The position numbers were made by a program, and so were the translations under genes. Below are positions 12,189 to 25,785 of a stretch of DNA of 64,000 bases, one piece after another. The number at the start of each line of letters is the position of its first letter. The first letter of the stretch is position 1. Source of the stretch: Oculina patagonica (taxonomy: Eukaryota); contig NC_135768.1 of assembly GCF_052425735.1 (NCBI RefSeq), positions 17,236,001-17,300,000 of the forward strand, written 5' to 3'. Below the pieces are notes generated by a model that was given only the letters and a program-made list of their open reading frames with translations, ran no database searches and was not told where the DNA came from.

Positions 12189-13097
12189 ATGCTGAACAAC
12201 AGCACCTTAATCAGGAACGAATCAGGAAGGGATTACTTCGACTTTGAAGAAAATACACATCCTCAAAATATCGTCATCATATATTGCGCTCTCAATGCAC
12301 CACTGATGATCATGTCTATTATTGGGAACGCTCTGGTGATAGCAGCAATTTTGAGAACTCCTTCGCTTTCTTCGCCGTCTACAACACTGCTCTGTAATTT
12401 GGCCATCACAGATCTTCTTATTGGGCTTGTTGTGCAACCGCTTTTCATTACTTTTGAGCTTATGCGAGATCACTCTTGGCAAAATTATGAAATCCCGTCA
12501 TACAGTTTATGTGGGATTTCCCTTTGGACAATGACAGCCATAAGCGCGGATAGATTTGCGGCTCTTCACTACCACATGAGATATGTTTCCATAGTAACTA
12601 TATCACGCGTTTTGTACGCGTTAGTAGCAGTGTGGATTATCATGTTTTCGGCTTCGATTTTTCTTTACCTGTGGAACAGACTGATATATTATATAGTTAC
12701 ATCGGTTTTCATCATAGTATGTCTGTTGATATCCTCATTTTGTTACATTCGAATTTCCCAAATTGTTCAAGGACATCAAATACAAATCCACGCTCAGCAA
12801 CAGGCAATGCAAAATTCAGATGCTAGTAATAACATAAACATAACCCAGTTTAAAAAAAGTGCAATAAACACTTTCGTATTTTACGCTTTTCTGCTTTTAT
12901 GTTACATTCCAATGTTTACTGGTTTAGCTCTTCTTGGAATAACAGGAATGGTTTGGCAAAAGGAATGGAACCTTGCCACCACTTTAGTATTCTTGAACTC
13001 TTCAATTAATCCACTTTTGTATTGTTGGCGTCTTAGCGAGCTGCGAAGGGCAGTTGTAAAAACAGCAAGAAAGATGTTATGTACAAAGACAGAGTAA
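12189..13097 (+). CDS. Intronless class A GPCR, subtype A copy 2
   Basis: 302 aa; GN, LAITD, DRF, CYIP and NPLLY motifs. Confidence 0.92.
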   Translation: MLNNSTLIRNESGRDYFDFEENTHPQNIVIIYCALNAPLMIMSIIGNALVIAAILRTPSLSSPSTTLLCNLAITDLLIGLVVQPLFITFELMRDHSWQNYEIPSYSLCGISLWTMTAISADRFAALHYHMRYVSIVTISRVLYALVAVWIIMFSASIFLYLWNRLIYYIVTSVFIIVCLLISSFCYIRISQIVQGHQIQIHAQQQAMQNSDASNNINITQFKKSAINTFVFYAFLLLCYIPMFTGLALLGITGMVWQKEWNLATTLVFLNSSINPLLYCWRLSELRRAVVKTARKMLCTKTE

Positions 13098-14485
13098 AAT
13101 CCAAACAGCCGAACATTGTTTCTTTGCAAGACTGGATGCAGTGTAGGTGCGGTGTTCACGTCCACTCAGAGGTCAAGGAAAAGTAGTCATTGAACGGTGA
13201 CATGTAATGACATTTTGAAACGTTTAAGTATATGCAATAATTTTGATATAAAATCACATTTTATGCTACCATTAATTATTAGTCTTAGTGTTTGTGTACA
13301 GGAACGAGACTTTCATTCTGATGTGACGTGTGTAATGTTTAAGAGTCAACGTTATGGAATAAACCAGTTTGTTGCTGTTACCAGCTCGCGATTTTGAGGT
13401 CTGTCTGGAAATAATCTGCTTGCTCAACAACGAGACTCGTACTAACACAATATTTCGTAGAATATAGGTCAAGCAACTTATCATATGCGTTAATAGCTGG
13501 TCAATTAAATATGTTTCTAATTAATAAAACAAATATTTGAGCGCTTCTGAACCAGAGGATCATTGAAAAATATATATATTTTTACTACCTTTTGGCAGTA
13601 AGTTTAGGCAAAACAGGCAAATTCTTGTTATAAATTTTGAAATGGCACGCTTTGCTTCTGAATCCCACCTATGTGATTACAGTTTATTGAATTGGTTTGG
13701 TTATACATTACACACACAGATAACATTCACATAATGTGCTTTATGGGCATTTCAGCGCATTAGCAAAAATATCATAAGTTTTGAAGCAGCTGCGTCGCGA
13801 ATGGTCCATTTTAAAAAATTTAGCCTTAATGTTGCAAGTTGGTAGTTAATTTGTTTAAATAGTTTTGACAATTTTTCCAGGTTAGCAGTAAATAGTAGAG
13901 GTTTACAACGATTTGAATTTAATATTTTACAACAGGACATGACAACATAACAGAAAAATAATAACTAAAGCATAACGACAAAAAAACTGATCTATTCTCA
14001 ATGTCGTTATGTCTTCGCCGTTATGTCGCTAGTGTGAGGCAGGCCTTAAACTCCGTAAACCGGACATATAACTAAGACAATTCAATTTCGCAGTAAAGTC
14101 AATTTTGAATCTTCGTAGATTGGCTTATTAATACAAATTTTAATGTCAGCGTCATCATTTAGACACTCCAAAAGTCTCCCCATTGTTTTGATTCAATTCG
14201 ATTGCAGGTGGAAAAACTGACATCTTGTCACATCAGTATGATAAGCTGCAGCTTTAGCAAGTTTAATTGTAATAGGTGTGAGTTTTTGTGTTTTAAAACA
14301 TCTTCCTGTAGCATTGGAAGAAAACAGTTTGGAATTACTCAAATTATATGCATGCTAGACTGAATCTGATAATCCGGCAAACAAACTCAGGTGTAAACAT
14401 GTCACTGCGTTTGAAACGCATTCAAGAATGGCGACAACATTTGGATGACAAATTGCTTAGTTATACCTTGGTAAAATCTGTCGTG

Positions 14486-15409
14486 ATGCTAAACCATACA
14501 TTTTCGCTTTGGGATGAATCGGCAGATGGTGGAGATTTTGACAATTATAAAGAAACTGTAACCCGTGTTACTACTATCGTGATTGTCAACTGTGTCCTGA
14601 ATGTGCCACTGATGCTAATATCAATTTTTGGAAACGCAATGGTGTTAGCAGCGGTTGCCACAACGTCTTCGCTTCGTTCGCCGTCCTTAATTCTCCTGTG
14701 TGGTCTCGCTGTTTCAGACTTGGTTGTGGGTTTGGTGGTTCAGCCGATTTACATCGCCAAAGAGCTTACATCGGATATTATTCTGCTGGGAGTAACAAGA
14801 ACGATGGGATTTTCTTTCTGTGGGATTTCCTTCGCGACAATGGCAGCGATAAGTGTTGATCGTTTTTTGGCACTTCGATATCACATGACGTATAACATGT
14901 TTGTTACTACAAGGCGTGTTAAATTAATCTTGATAATAATTTGGGTTACTCATATCCTGTTGCTGTCTAGTTTTCAATTTTGGTATCGACTGGCAAATTT
15001 TTATATTAGTATTGTCTTAATATGCGTTTATATTATAGCTTCTACTATTTCTTACATCGGCATATATCGAATCGTTCGTCGCCATCAGTTGCAGATACTC
15101 GCTCAACAGCAAGCAGTGGTAGTGTCAACTGATGAAAATTCGTATAACCTTCTGTCATTAAGCCGAACTGCAGTAAACACTTTCGTATTTTACATCTGCA
15201 CAATTTTTTGTTATTTTCCATGGCTTATTTACAGGATTTTTTACAGTCATATCTATGTCACAAACTCGAACACAGCTTGGATATTTACAGCAACTTTGCT
15301 ATTTGCTAATTCTGCCATCAATCCCTTTTTATACTGCTGGCGTCTACGTGAACTTCGAGTAGCAGTTATTAAAACAGTAACAAAAATGTCATGCAAATGC
15401 ATCAACTGA
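14486..15409 (+). CDS. Intronless class A GPCR, subtype B copy 2
   Basis: DRF, CYFPW and NPFLY motifs. Start placed at MLNHTF by alignment to copy B1; an upstream ATG exists at 14348. Confidence 0.88.
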   Translation: MLNHTFSLWDESADGGDFDNYKETVTRVTTIVIVNCVLNVPLMLISIFGNAMVLAAVATTSSLRSPSLILLCGLAVSDLVVGLVVQPIYIAKELTSDIILLGVTRTMGFSFCGISFATMAAISVDRFLALRYHMTYNMFVTTRRVKLILIIIWVTHILLLSSFQFWYRLANFYISIVLICVYIIASTISYIGIYRIVRRHQLQILAQQQAVVVSTDENSYNLLSLSRTAVNTFVFYICTIFCYFPWLIYRIFYSHIYVTNSNTAWIFTATLLFANSAINPFLYCWRLRELRVAVIKTVTKMSCKCIN

Positions 15410-17880
15410 AATAGCAAAAGGATTGACTATTGACTACTCCTGAAGATACCTTATTTAGTCGACAACGTTCGCTTTTTCTCTATTAAAGTTTTAACCTTTT
15501 CGAATTTGTAAATAGTTCTTAAACCTCCAGCGAATATTATGAGCACAGAAAACGCCATTCACTATAAAATTTTGAAGACTGTGTGATGTTTTAGCGCTTG
15601 ATGAATAATGCATTATATATATTTTTGTCCCACATTAATGCAATATTGATTTTAAAATCTGAGAGCCTAAGGCATTTTATGAAGTTGAAAATGATAAGTG
15701 TAAAATTTCTCCTGTTCAATGAAAACCACGCAATATTACACTGGCAGATCTATTCAGTGTTTCTATTTATTTTAAACAGCATTTGCTTGACAGCTGCAGA
15801 ATTAAAGTCCATCGACTAGGAGTTTTACATTTTAAAAATATTAAAAAGGTGATGATTTACTATGGTCTGATTGCTTTTGTGAACATATTTATTTACATAG
15901 ATGTTCACGCAAGGTGCATGTGCATATGATTTTAACGTGTATGTTTTCACTAGCTTTTGTTTCTTCAATGAAACAAAGGTAAAGGATCTTACAAGAAGAT
16001 GATCAAAATATCGGTGAATTCTACTGTTTCAATAAGAGAACATTTAGAGATACAATTAAAAATTAAAACCACGACGTTTCAAAGACATCTTGACTCCATT
16101 ATCAAGTTAAAATGACGGTTTTAGTTACGAATTTAATATATCGCCCTTCTAAATACAAAACTACAACCGTCATTTTTACTTGAAAAGTAAAACTAGAAGT
16201 GAAGATGTCTTCGAAACGTCGAAGTGTTATTTCGCTTGTTTTCATAAGTAATTCTTTTTTTGTCATAACAAAACTTTGGAGTAATCAAAGGCTTTCAAGA
16301 GCTTCAACGGTAGATTAATAAAAAACTCAGCTTGAGTACATACACATAATTAGCATAAAGCTAAGGACGTGTTTGTGAGTTCACTAAAGCTAAAAATGAC
16401 TTGGAAAATATAATAAGTCGGGAAACGATATTGATGGGAGGTCTATGTATGGTATGGTCTTTTCTTACTGAAAAGGCACGAGAAAGCATATTAATGCAAG
16501 CGCTTTTCGTATAAAGGAAAACCAAAGTTATCGATCACAAAGGACACAGACGATCCAGTGAACCAATCAAAGCTCGAAGAAAACATATGTAACGGACGCG
16601 AAGCGCGGGAAAACGGACGTGGCTTTGTTTTCACTTCTGATTGGTCGAGGAAGAAGCGCGAGCTTTAAAAACCAATCACAAAACAAATTAATGCAAAACC
16701 ACTGCAATTAAGGATTACTTCAACATTCAGTTGGAAACCGCTGTTGAGATCTCTTAGATTACTTGCTTTCGCACGGGTGTTGAGCGCAGTAATGTATTTT
16801 GAATGCAAGCTATCTTTAAGTCGTAAAGGTATTTTGACTGGTCTACTTTAAAATCGAAAAGGAATATAAAATTTTAATTTTTTTGACCAGGAGTAATGAA
16901 TATTGGTCAAAGGAAAAATGAATAATTTTCAAGGTAAATATGAAAAAAGCGACAGCTATCAAAGATAACGTCATAGCTGGCTACTTTGTTGACAGGCCCA
17001 CATACTTATTACTAGTCTGTTTGCGTTGTGCTGTATGTTAATTTTATACATCGTGTTTTCAAATAAAAATGCTATTTTTGTTACTATCAGCTATGGTTTA
17101 TTGGTTCATGAAAAGACAAGAAATGTAATGTTAACCACTACGAGGCAAAGGGCGACATTTCTTAAATTAATTTAGGCGTGTAATCGCACTAAGACAACCC
17201 TTAAACTTAAAAAAAAATTACTGGCTTTTTTATCAGTCAAATTAATGTTTGTTGTTAGCCCATGGAATGATAATAAAACTCTTAAAACGGCTTATTAACT
17301 CTATCAAAACTGCCAGAAAGTGCGAGATAGAAGTCGTGTTCACATAATCCCAGCTGTGTAAACACAGAGCACTGCGCGAGCAGAGAATTCACAGTTTGAT
17401 AATCGTAATAAAAGAGTGATTTTCCTTCCTTTACCTCACTTTATCTTTTATTGAAGACAGAAAGCACTTTATTTTTTTTGTATTTCTATCCAGTTCATGA
17501 AACTGGGAGAACTCAAAAAAGCTGTGGAAATGCTCAACTACAGCTCTTGTTTCCAAATCATTTCTAGTCTCTTCCAAACATCCACTGTTTACATAATTCC
17601 GGAATGACTTTCATTCCGGAACGAGTTCATGCCATCCCATATATTTCTCTGTATCTGTTAACTTGATACCGAAACGAAAGTCAAGTCATTCCGGAATGAT
17701 TTCATTCCGGTTTTCATTCCGGAATGAAATTTTCGTTCTGGAATGACACTTTCGTTCTGATATCATGTAAACACAAAACAACGAATTTACTTCCGAGATG
17801 AAACCGCATCTCATGAAACCGCATACGGAAAAAAAGTAATAGCATTTCCTGTTTAGCCCAAAGAGGCAGCCCTGTAGAAG

Positions 17881-18055
17881 CCTCAAATGTAATAATTGGC
17901 CACAAATGTAATAACGCCCTCAAATGTAATAAGGTTTGACCACAAATGTAATAACGCCCTCAACTGTAATAAGGGTTTGACCACAAATGCAATAACACTC
18001 TCTAGTGTTGTTCAGGGTTTGGTCACAAATGTAACAATGCCTTCAAATGTAATGG
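17881..18055 (+). repeat. Short degenerate tandem repeat (CACAAATGTAATAACGCCCT / CAAATGTAATAAGGTTTGAC units)
   Basis: Repeated CAAATGTAATAA cores visible directly. Confidence 0.7.
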
Positions 18056-18656
18056 GCTACAGGTATCAATTGGAAGAATTGAAACAGCTCATTTTATATT
18101 AAGACCTACACTTGTGTAAGCGAATCAGATTGCTTTATTTATTTTACTCTTTCGCCAAAACAGCGCTGTTTACTGTTTTCACTAGATGTTGTAAGCAAAC
18201 GGAGTAATCTAAATGTTGAATTTCTAAAGAGGCATTGTGCTCTATTCTATAAATTTGATTAACACGGAAGTACATGGGGGGTTGGATGCACCTTCTCTTG
18301 AGGTTTTTTGGAGTTTTGAAAAGAGGATTTTCTCTTTTGTGCCAAAATATCAGTAGCTGTTGATTCATTCCTTACGAAATTTTGATATGCCATGAAAATG
18401 CCATAATTACAAGAAGGTCTGGCCAAAAATCTTCATTTGTTGCATTTTTCTTTATTTATCAAGTAATTGTCTGTGATTTCCTTAATTTCAAATTCCATAA
18501 GCATTTCTGACTTGATGTCCGACTTTTTGTTAATGACGAAATCCAAGATGGTGTCGCTCATGACGTCATCTGACGTCACGAGCCTATAAAAAACATGTCA
18601 TCTTGTAGAGTAAGCCAAGGATCTTCACTTGGCACAAAACAATTTCTCTTGGCTTT

Positions 18657-19086
18657 AATAGCGGAGCTCCCAGCGGCCCGAAGGGCCGCAGAGCAGAGCC
18701 CCATACCCATAGAAAATGAACAGACCCATGCTTTTGGTTTTTCATGGTCATCATGGCTAGCGGCATGGCTCGCGGGCGCGTGCGACGACGACGACGAAGT
18801 CGCCCCAACATGGCGGCCATACTCCAGAAATCGTTTAAAGGTTATGGTTAACGCCAGCTTACATCTTTGATATTGGACATCCATGTCATGGTCAATTGAC
18901 AGCTGTCAAAGCAGGGTATCAACTGACCAGTATCACATGACCATATCGCGGGCTCACATATAGAACTCATCGAGGTCGAATGTTTTTTGACGTTTACCGC
19001 TGACCAAATAATGGTTTACATTGGATCGCGGGCTCAAGTGCTATATTTTTCCTGTTATTGGTCAGTAAATCGGGAGCTCCGCTTTT
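18657..19086. mobile_element. MITE with AATAGCGGAGCTCC terminal inverted repeats
   Basis: AATAGCGGAGCTCCC ... GGGAGCTCCGCTTTT. Confidence 0.65.
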
Positions 19087-20523
19087 AGGCTTGGCTAAAT
19101 CTATTTAATAGAACTATAAGAAAACATAGAAACGCTTTCCATTCCACTCTCAAATTAACTCTTGTTTGTAGAGCTGCATGAAAACACGGAAATGATTTCC
19201 ATTCTTTAATCAAAATTGAAAATATATTCTTTCCTTTCCCACTTTTTGGAACTCTCCATAAAGTAAATGAAAACAACTATAACGTGCGTTGAATAATTTT
19301 AAGGAACCAAGCTGTCACCGAATTATAACAAGACAACTCATTTGGGTACTGATTAAGTTAAAGTGTTATAGAATTACTGAATTATTAAATATGCAAGAAA
19401 GATCGCCGTTATGCCTGCAGAGAAGTTTCTTACGCTTTGGCGGGACAACAAAACGTTTAGTTAATTATAGGTTTTTAAGGCAAATAAACCGACGTGACGC
19501 CTTGTTGACTCCCAAGTTGTTAATTTTATGCGCCTGCATGTCTGCAAGATCAGCTGCAACGAAAGTCACATTTTACTGCCGATTTTCACTTCCATGGGCA
19601 ACAGAATAAACCGACTTTCTTCTTATCGAGGCATGTACTTTAACTTCAACAATCGGTGATGCACATATAATTCATGGTTGTTTACCAAAAAAAAAACAGA
19701 AATTCTGGTTAAGATGTAAATGGAAGACAACTTTTTGGTTTATTCCTTTCCAAATAGAAATTCTCGTAGCATCATTTCCACTAGTTCCGCATTTAACCTT
19801 TTTTCAAATTGAATACATTTTTCCTGAACGGAAGTTCCCAACCGAAATTTCCTTATTTTTTTGCAAATGGTAAACAACCAAATATTCCCTAGTTGAGTAT
19901 TTTCCTTGTTCGCTTCGCCTGTCTTCAGAAAAAAAAACATATTAACCAAAGAATCGAAAAGAATGATTATGTTTAGTAAATTTTCTCAATGCTACAAAAT
20001 AGTTACATTTAATACGATGTTTCAATTTTAAAAAAAGATAAAAAATGTTTAAAATTTCAAACTCGAAAACAAAATTAGCAAAATTAGCAATCGAAAATCA
20101 TGGGGCAATCCTGAGAGTGCAACAATATCGCCAAGCTCTCTTAAGTAAACAATTACTTAAATAGTATTCACAAGGCACTCGCGACAGACGCAAACACAAC
20201 TGCTATACATTAACCCACTGCTGGAAGGCTAATATAAAATGAAGGTTAAGTTCTTCCTTAAAAGTTTCTTCAGTCTTGTTGAAAGCACTCTCCTAACATA
20301 ATAAAAAGCTATAATTACACGTGAAAGGGAAACTAGAGACAATGATGAGCTAATTTAAAACCCACGCAATTTAACATTAAACATGGAACTGCCAATCAGT
20401 GAAAAGCAGCTGTTTCGAACCTGTTTGCTAAAAGCTGTACAAATTAAAAGCTATTTCTACAAATGTGTGAATACAAATTGACACTATGTAAAACGGGTGC
20501 AGAGACTGCGTTAACGCAATATC

Positions 20524-21522
20524 ATGGCTAATGCAACATATTTTTTAAGTTCTGCTTCGCAAAACTATACGACCAATTCTTCAGCATGTCAAACTCTTCA
20601 ACGTTTTCTGGATATAGAAGCCAGAGAAAATTTACCACAATTCTACATAATATCTTCATTATCGGCCTGTGTTGTTGTCTTCATAATGTGCTTCACAACA
20701 CTGCTTTTTAACATGGTTGTCATTTTAGCAATATGGAGGACACCCTTGCTTCATCAACCGAGAAACGTTCTCCTCTGTTCTCTGGCAGTTTCCGACTTTT
20801 TTGTTGGTTTAACAACCCAGCCTTCGTTCCTAGTAGCAGAAATTTCACTTCTTCTTGGAAAAATGGAACTGTACTGCTTGGCAGTGTTTATTCATTTTTA
20901 CACTAGTTGGATGTTCAATGGGGTTTCTTTTCTAACGCTTTCAGCCATCAGCTTTGAGCGATATCTCGCCCTGCGTTTTCACCTTCGATATGCCGAGTTA
21001 ATAACAAACACCCGCGTATTCTTTACGGTGGTTATTTACTGGTCGATATGGGTTACGTGGATAACGCTTGAGTGGTTCTGGGTGAAAAACAAACTTTTGA
21101 ACTACATACTTACTGCTTTTTGCGTACTGATATCAACTTTTGTTGCCTGGTGTTATTTTATAATTTGCAAAACTGTCAAAAGGCACAACAAGCAAATTCA
21201 GGACTCGCAACAACAAACCCATCAAAGCATGGTCCGATATCGACGCACAACAAACACAATGATTATTCTTATTAGCACTTTTGTCCTAAGCTACTTCCCC
21301 TTTATCATCACCACAGCAATAAGCGCTTCGCAAGAAAAGAAAGACATGAGGACATCTGCGGCTCACTGTCTTGCCGTTGTGGTTATTTTTGCAAACTCTA
21401 CAGCAAATCCGTTGATTTACTTCTGGCGAGTGGCAGAGCTTCGCGAAACCGCGAAGCAAGCTTTCAGGAAACTCATTCCGAAAAAAGTTAAACAGGAGGA
21501 CGTGGAGTTAGATACTAGATAG
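20524..21522 (+). CDS. Intronless class A GPCR, subtype C copy 2
   Basis: 332 aa; ERY and NPLIY motifs; paralog of 9227..10228. Confidence 0.92.
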   Translation: MANATYFLSSASQNYTTNSSACQTLQRFLDIEARENLPQFYIISSLSACVVVFIMCFTTLLFNMVVILAIWRTPLLHQPRNVLLCSLAVSDFFVGLTTQPSFLVAEISLLLGKMELYCLAVFIHFYTSWMFNGVSFLTLSAISFERYLALRFHLRYAELITNTRVFFTVVIYWSIWVTWITLEWFWVKNKLLNYILTAFCVLISTFVAWCYFIICKTVKRHNKQIQDSQQQTHQSMVRYRRTTNTMIILISTFVLSYFPFIITTAISASQEKKDMRTSAAHCLAVVVIFANSTANPLIYFWRVAELRETAKQAFRKLIPKKVKQEDVELDTR

Positions 21523-23488
21523 TTTTGGTGCCAAAGTTTAGGTGTACACATTTGGCACCTTTACAGAGCCGTAACCAGACTTTTAATGTTAAAACATAGA
21601 CGAGGCAAAAGTTGTGAGCTCTGTGACACTATTTTCAGCTTTTTTATGAGGTATTTCTTCCGAAAAATCAATCATGTTCAACGGGGGATCATTTTCCCAC
21701 CTCAAAGTATTCTTTTTAAAAAAATATATTGAGTTAAAATCTAGACGAGGCAAGCGCCTCGTCTTGCCTCTTGCTAGGTACGACCCTGCTTTAGTCCCCT
21801 TGTAGAACTTCCCCTTATAGGTATGGGTGTATAATTGAAGTATCTGATTCCCTTGTTGATGATTTTCATTTTTGAGTTATTTTTTTCAAAACATAGCTCT
21901 TAGTCGGCGTGATGGGCCGTGTAGTCAGTCAGTCACTCAGTGACTCAGTCAGCAAAGTATGTTTGTTTGTCACACCAATCAGATTTCAGGTAGTATCAGA
22001 ACCAATCAAATTGTAGTTTATAAGGGGGAAGCAATCTGATACGATACAGTTGTAGTGAGCGATTTCGTTCGAAGATTTTAGGTTTGTAGGAGGAGGAATT
22101 GGTAAGTTGTGAATTAACCCTGGATTAAAAACGTGTTTTTTGTAACGCTCACCTGCTTACAACGCACACGCCGTCAGCAAACGTCCCAACACAAACTTGT
22201 TATTCGTCTTATTCGAGCGTTCGTTTTGAAGAGGCTAGCTTTCCTGACCGTGGTAAAAATTACATAAAGCATTTGCACACAGCAGATTTAAAGATTAATG
22301 TTGTCATTATGATGTTAACCCTTAATATGCTAAGTCCGGATTATTTCGGGATTTGGATGAATGGCCATTCAACCACTTATGACGTCACCAATTTACACGT
22401 CAGCAGATGTTTGTGACGTGCAACTTATAGAGTTTGGATAGATCTTTCCACAGGAGTGTCCATCTTGAACATTGACTGCATTCCGACAGAGCTAATCGAA
22501 AAAAACTTGATCAGTTTTTGGTGTAAAATTGGTGCTAAAACAGGCCAATATACCCGTACTTGATCATGGTCTCCTTTCCAGGGTTTCCTCTGATTAAGAT
22601 CAAAACTTTTCAGGCCAGTAGAAGGCGTGCACACAGTAAATGATAGAGAGAAGAAGAAAGCATGCATGCAGAGAAAAACGAAAAGCAAAGGAGCAAGGAA
22701 AAAAATCGGAACGGTTCAGCAAAAAAAAAAAACAAATTTTGGCTTATGCGCATGCGCCAGAGTAAAAGAGTTGTACATTTTTACATGGAAATGTCATCAA
22801 AAACTTAATGCAGTGTCAGAATGTGCATTCTAGCAAAGTTTAGAGAAATTTAGGACCGTAGAGCCAAGAAAATCGATTAACGGTTAAAAAAAAACGCGTT
22901 TTTTGGAGTAATTTTAGCATATTAAGGGTTAATACTGCATGTGGGTATATTTACAAAGAGTCAAAGAAATGGAAAGGAATCTTCTTTAAATTCCTAAATA
23001 TTGCTGAAGCTCCCCTACAAATTCGTACTAAGCTTTATCCATCAAAATTGTTGGGTCGGATGCGATAGAGCGCAAAAGACGCAATTGTTTATACCATTAC
23101 GATCCACCTTAAGATCAAAACTGTCGACAAAATTCCAAAATAAAAAAGCACAGCAGATTTATGTAATTATATCTGTTTTGCTTTACTTAGTTTTGTCACT
23201 ATTCTCTCTAACGGATGTTTGTTAACTTTTCTTTGGAAAGCAATTAAAAAATACAGCGGGATAAAAATCTTCTGACTGTAAAAAAAAATCCATAAGGGGG
23301 CAATCAACACTGATAATCTATCACAATGGACTTTATTACAAAAGCCCTGGAGATAAAAACTAAACAAGAACTCGAGACCAATTCAAAGAATGTCGATCTT
23401 TCTTGCAAGAGGACGATTTTGTAACCACAACGAAGTTAAAACTGAACTGATTTTCGTTTTTTAAGTTGGCTTTTTTAAAAGACGAAAC

Positions 23489-24397
23489 ATGCTGAACAAC
23501 AGCACCTTAATCAGGAACGAATCAGGAAGGGATTACTTCGACTTTGAAGAAAATACACATCCTCAAAATATCGTCATCATATATTGCGCTCTCAATGCAC
23601 CACTGATGATCATGTCTATTATTGGGAACGCTCTGGTGATAGCAGCAATTTTGAGAACTCCTTCGCTTTCTTCGCCGTCTACAACACTGCTCTGTAATTT
23701 GGCCATCACAGATCTTCTTATTGGGCTTGTTGTGCAACCGCTTTTCATTACTTTTGAGCTTATGCGAGATCACTCTTGGCAAAATTATGAAATCCCGTCA
23801 TACAGTTTATGTGGGATTTCCCTTTGGACAATGACAGCCATAAGCGCGGATAGATTTGCGGCTCTTCACTACCACATGAGATATGTTTCCATAGTAACTA
23901 TATCACGCGTTTTGTACGCGTTAGTAGCAGTGTGGATTATCATGTTTTCGGCTTCGATTTTTCTTTACCTGTGGAACAGACTGATATATTATATAGTTAC
24001 ATCGGTTTTCATCATAGTATGTCTGTTGATATCCTCATTTTGTTACATTCGAATTTCCCAAATTGTTCAAGGACATCAAATACAAATCCACGCTCAGCAA
24101 CAGGCAATGCAAAATTCAGATGCTAGTAATAACATAAACATAACCCAGTTTAAAAAAAGTGCAATAAACACTTTCGTATTTTACGCTTTTCTGCTTTTAT
24201 GTTACATTCCAATGTTTACTGGTTTAGCTCTTCTTGGAATAACAGGAATGGTTTGGCAAAAGGAATGGAACCTTGCCACCACTTTAGTATTCTTGAACTC
24301 TTCAATTAATCCACTTTTGTATTGTTGGCGTCTTAGCGAGCTGCGAAGGGCAGTTGTAAAAACAGCAAGAAAGATGTTATGTACAAAGACAGAGTAA
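23489..24397 (+). CDS. Intronless class A GPCR, subtype A copy 3 (protein identical to copy 2)
   Basis: Translation identical to 12189..13097. Confidence 0.92.
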   Translation: MLNNSTLIRNESGRDYFDFEENTHPQNIVIIYCALNAPLMIMSIIGNALVIAAILRTPSLSSPSTTLLCNLAITDLLIGLVVQPLFITFELMRDHSWQNYEIPSYSLCGISLWTMTAISADRFAALHYHMRYVSIVTISRVLYALVAVWIIMFSASIFLYLWNRLIYYIVTSVFIIVCLLISSFCYIRISQIVQGHQIQIHAQQQAMQNSDASNNINITQFKKSAINTFVFYAFLLLCYIPMFTGLALLGITGMVWQKEWNLATTLVFLNSSINPLLYCWRLSELRRAVVKTARKMLCTKTE

Positions 24398-25785
24398 AAT
24401 CCAAACAGCCGAACATTGTTTCTTTGCAAGACTGGATGCAGTGTAGGTGCGGTGTTCACGTCCACTCAGAGGTCAAGGAAAAGTAGTCATTGAACGGTGA
24501 CATGTAATGACATTTTGAAACGTTTAAGTATATGCAATAATTTTGATATAAAATCACATTTTATGCTACCATTAATTATTAGTCTTAGTGTTTGTGTACA
24601 GGAACGAGACTTTCATTCTGATGTGACGTGTGTAATGTTTAAGAGTCAACGTTATGGAATAAACCAGTTTGTTGCTGTTACCAGCTCGCGATTTTGAGGT
24701 CCGTCTGGAAATAATCTGCTTGCTCAACAACGAGACTCGTACTAACACAATATTTCGTAGAATATAGGTCAAGCAACTTATCATATGCGTTAATAGCTGG
24801 TCAATTAAATATGTTTCTAATTAATAAAACAAATATTTGAGCGCTTCTGAACCAGAGGATCATTGAAAAATATATATATTTTTACTACCTTTTGGCAGTA
24901 AGTTTAGGCAAAACAGGCAAATTCTTGTTATAAATTTTGAAATGGCACGCTTTGCTTCTGAATCCCACCTATGTGATTACAGTTTATTGAATTGGTTTGG
25001 TTATACATTACACACACAGATAACATTCACATAATGTGCTTTATGGGCATTTCAGCGCATTAGCAAAAATATCATAAGTTTTGAAGCAGCTGCGTCGCGA
25101 ATGGTCCATTTTAAAAAATTTAGCCTTAATGTTGCAAGTTGGTAGTTAATTTGTTTAAATAGTTTTGACAATTTTTCCAGGTTAGCAGTAAATAGTAGAG
25201 GTTTACAACGATTTGAATTTAATATTTTACAACAGGACATGACAACATAACAGAAAAATAATAACTAAAGCATAACGACAAAAAAACTGATCTATTCTCA
25301 ATGTCGTTATGTCTTCGTCGTTATGTCGCTAGTGTGAGGCAGGCCTTAAACTCCGTAAACCGGACATATAACTAAGATAATTCAATTTCGCAGTAAAGTC
25401 AATTTTGAATCTTCGTAGATTGGCTTATTAATACAAATTTTAATGTCAGCGTCATCATTTAGACACTCCAAAAGTCTCCACATTGTTTTGATTCAATTCG
25501 ATTGCAGGTGGAAAAACTGACATCTTGTCACATCAGTATGATAAGCTGCAGCTTTAGCAAGTTTAATTGTAATAGGTGTGAGTTTTTGTGTTTTAAAACA
25601 TCTTCCTGTAGCATTGAAAGAAAACAGTTTGGAATTACTCAAATTATATGCATGCTAGACTGAATCTGATAATCCGGCAAACAAACTCAGGTGTAAACAT
25701 GTCACTGCGTTTGAAACGCATTCAAGAATGGCGACAACATTTGGATGACAAATTGCTTAGTTATATCTTGGTAAAATCTGTCGTG

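Noticed and set aside
14348-14485. 46-codon N-terminal extension of GPCR B2/B3
   Set aside because: The equivalent ATG in B1 (2828) is followed by a stop, so the extension is not conserved; MLNHTF is the likelier start.
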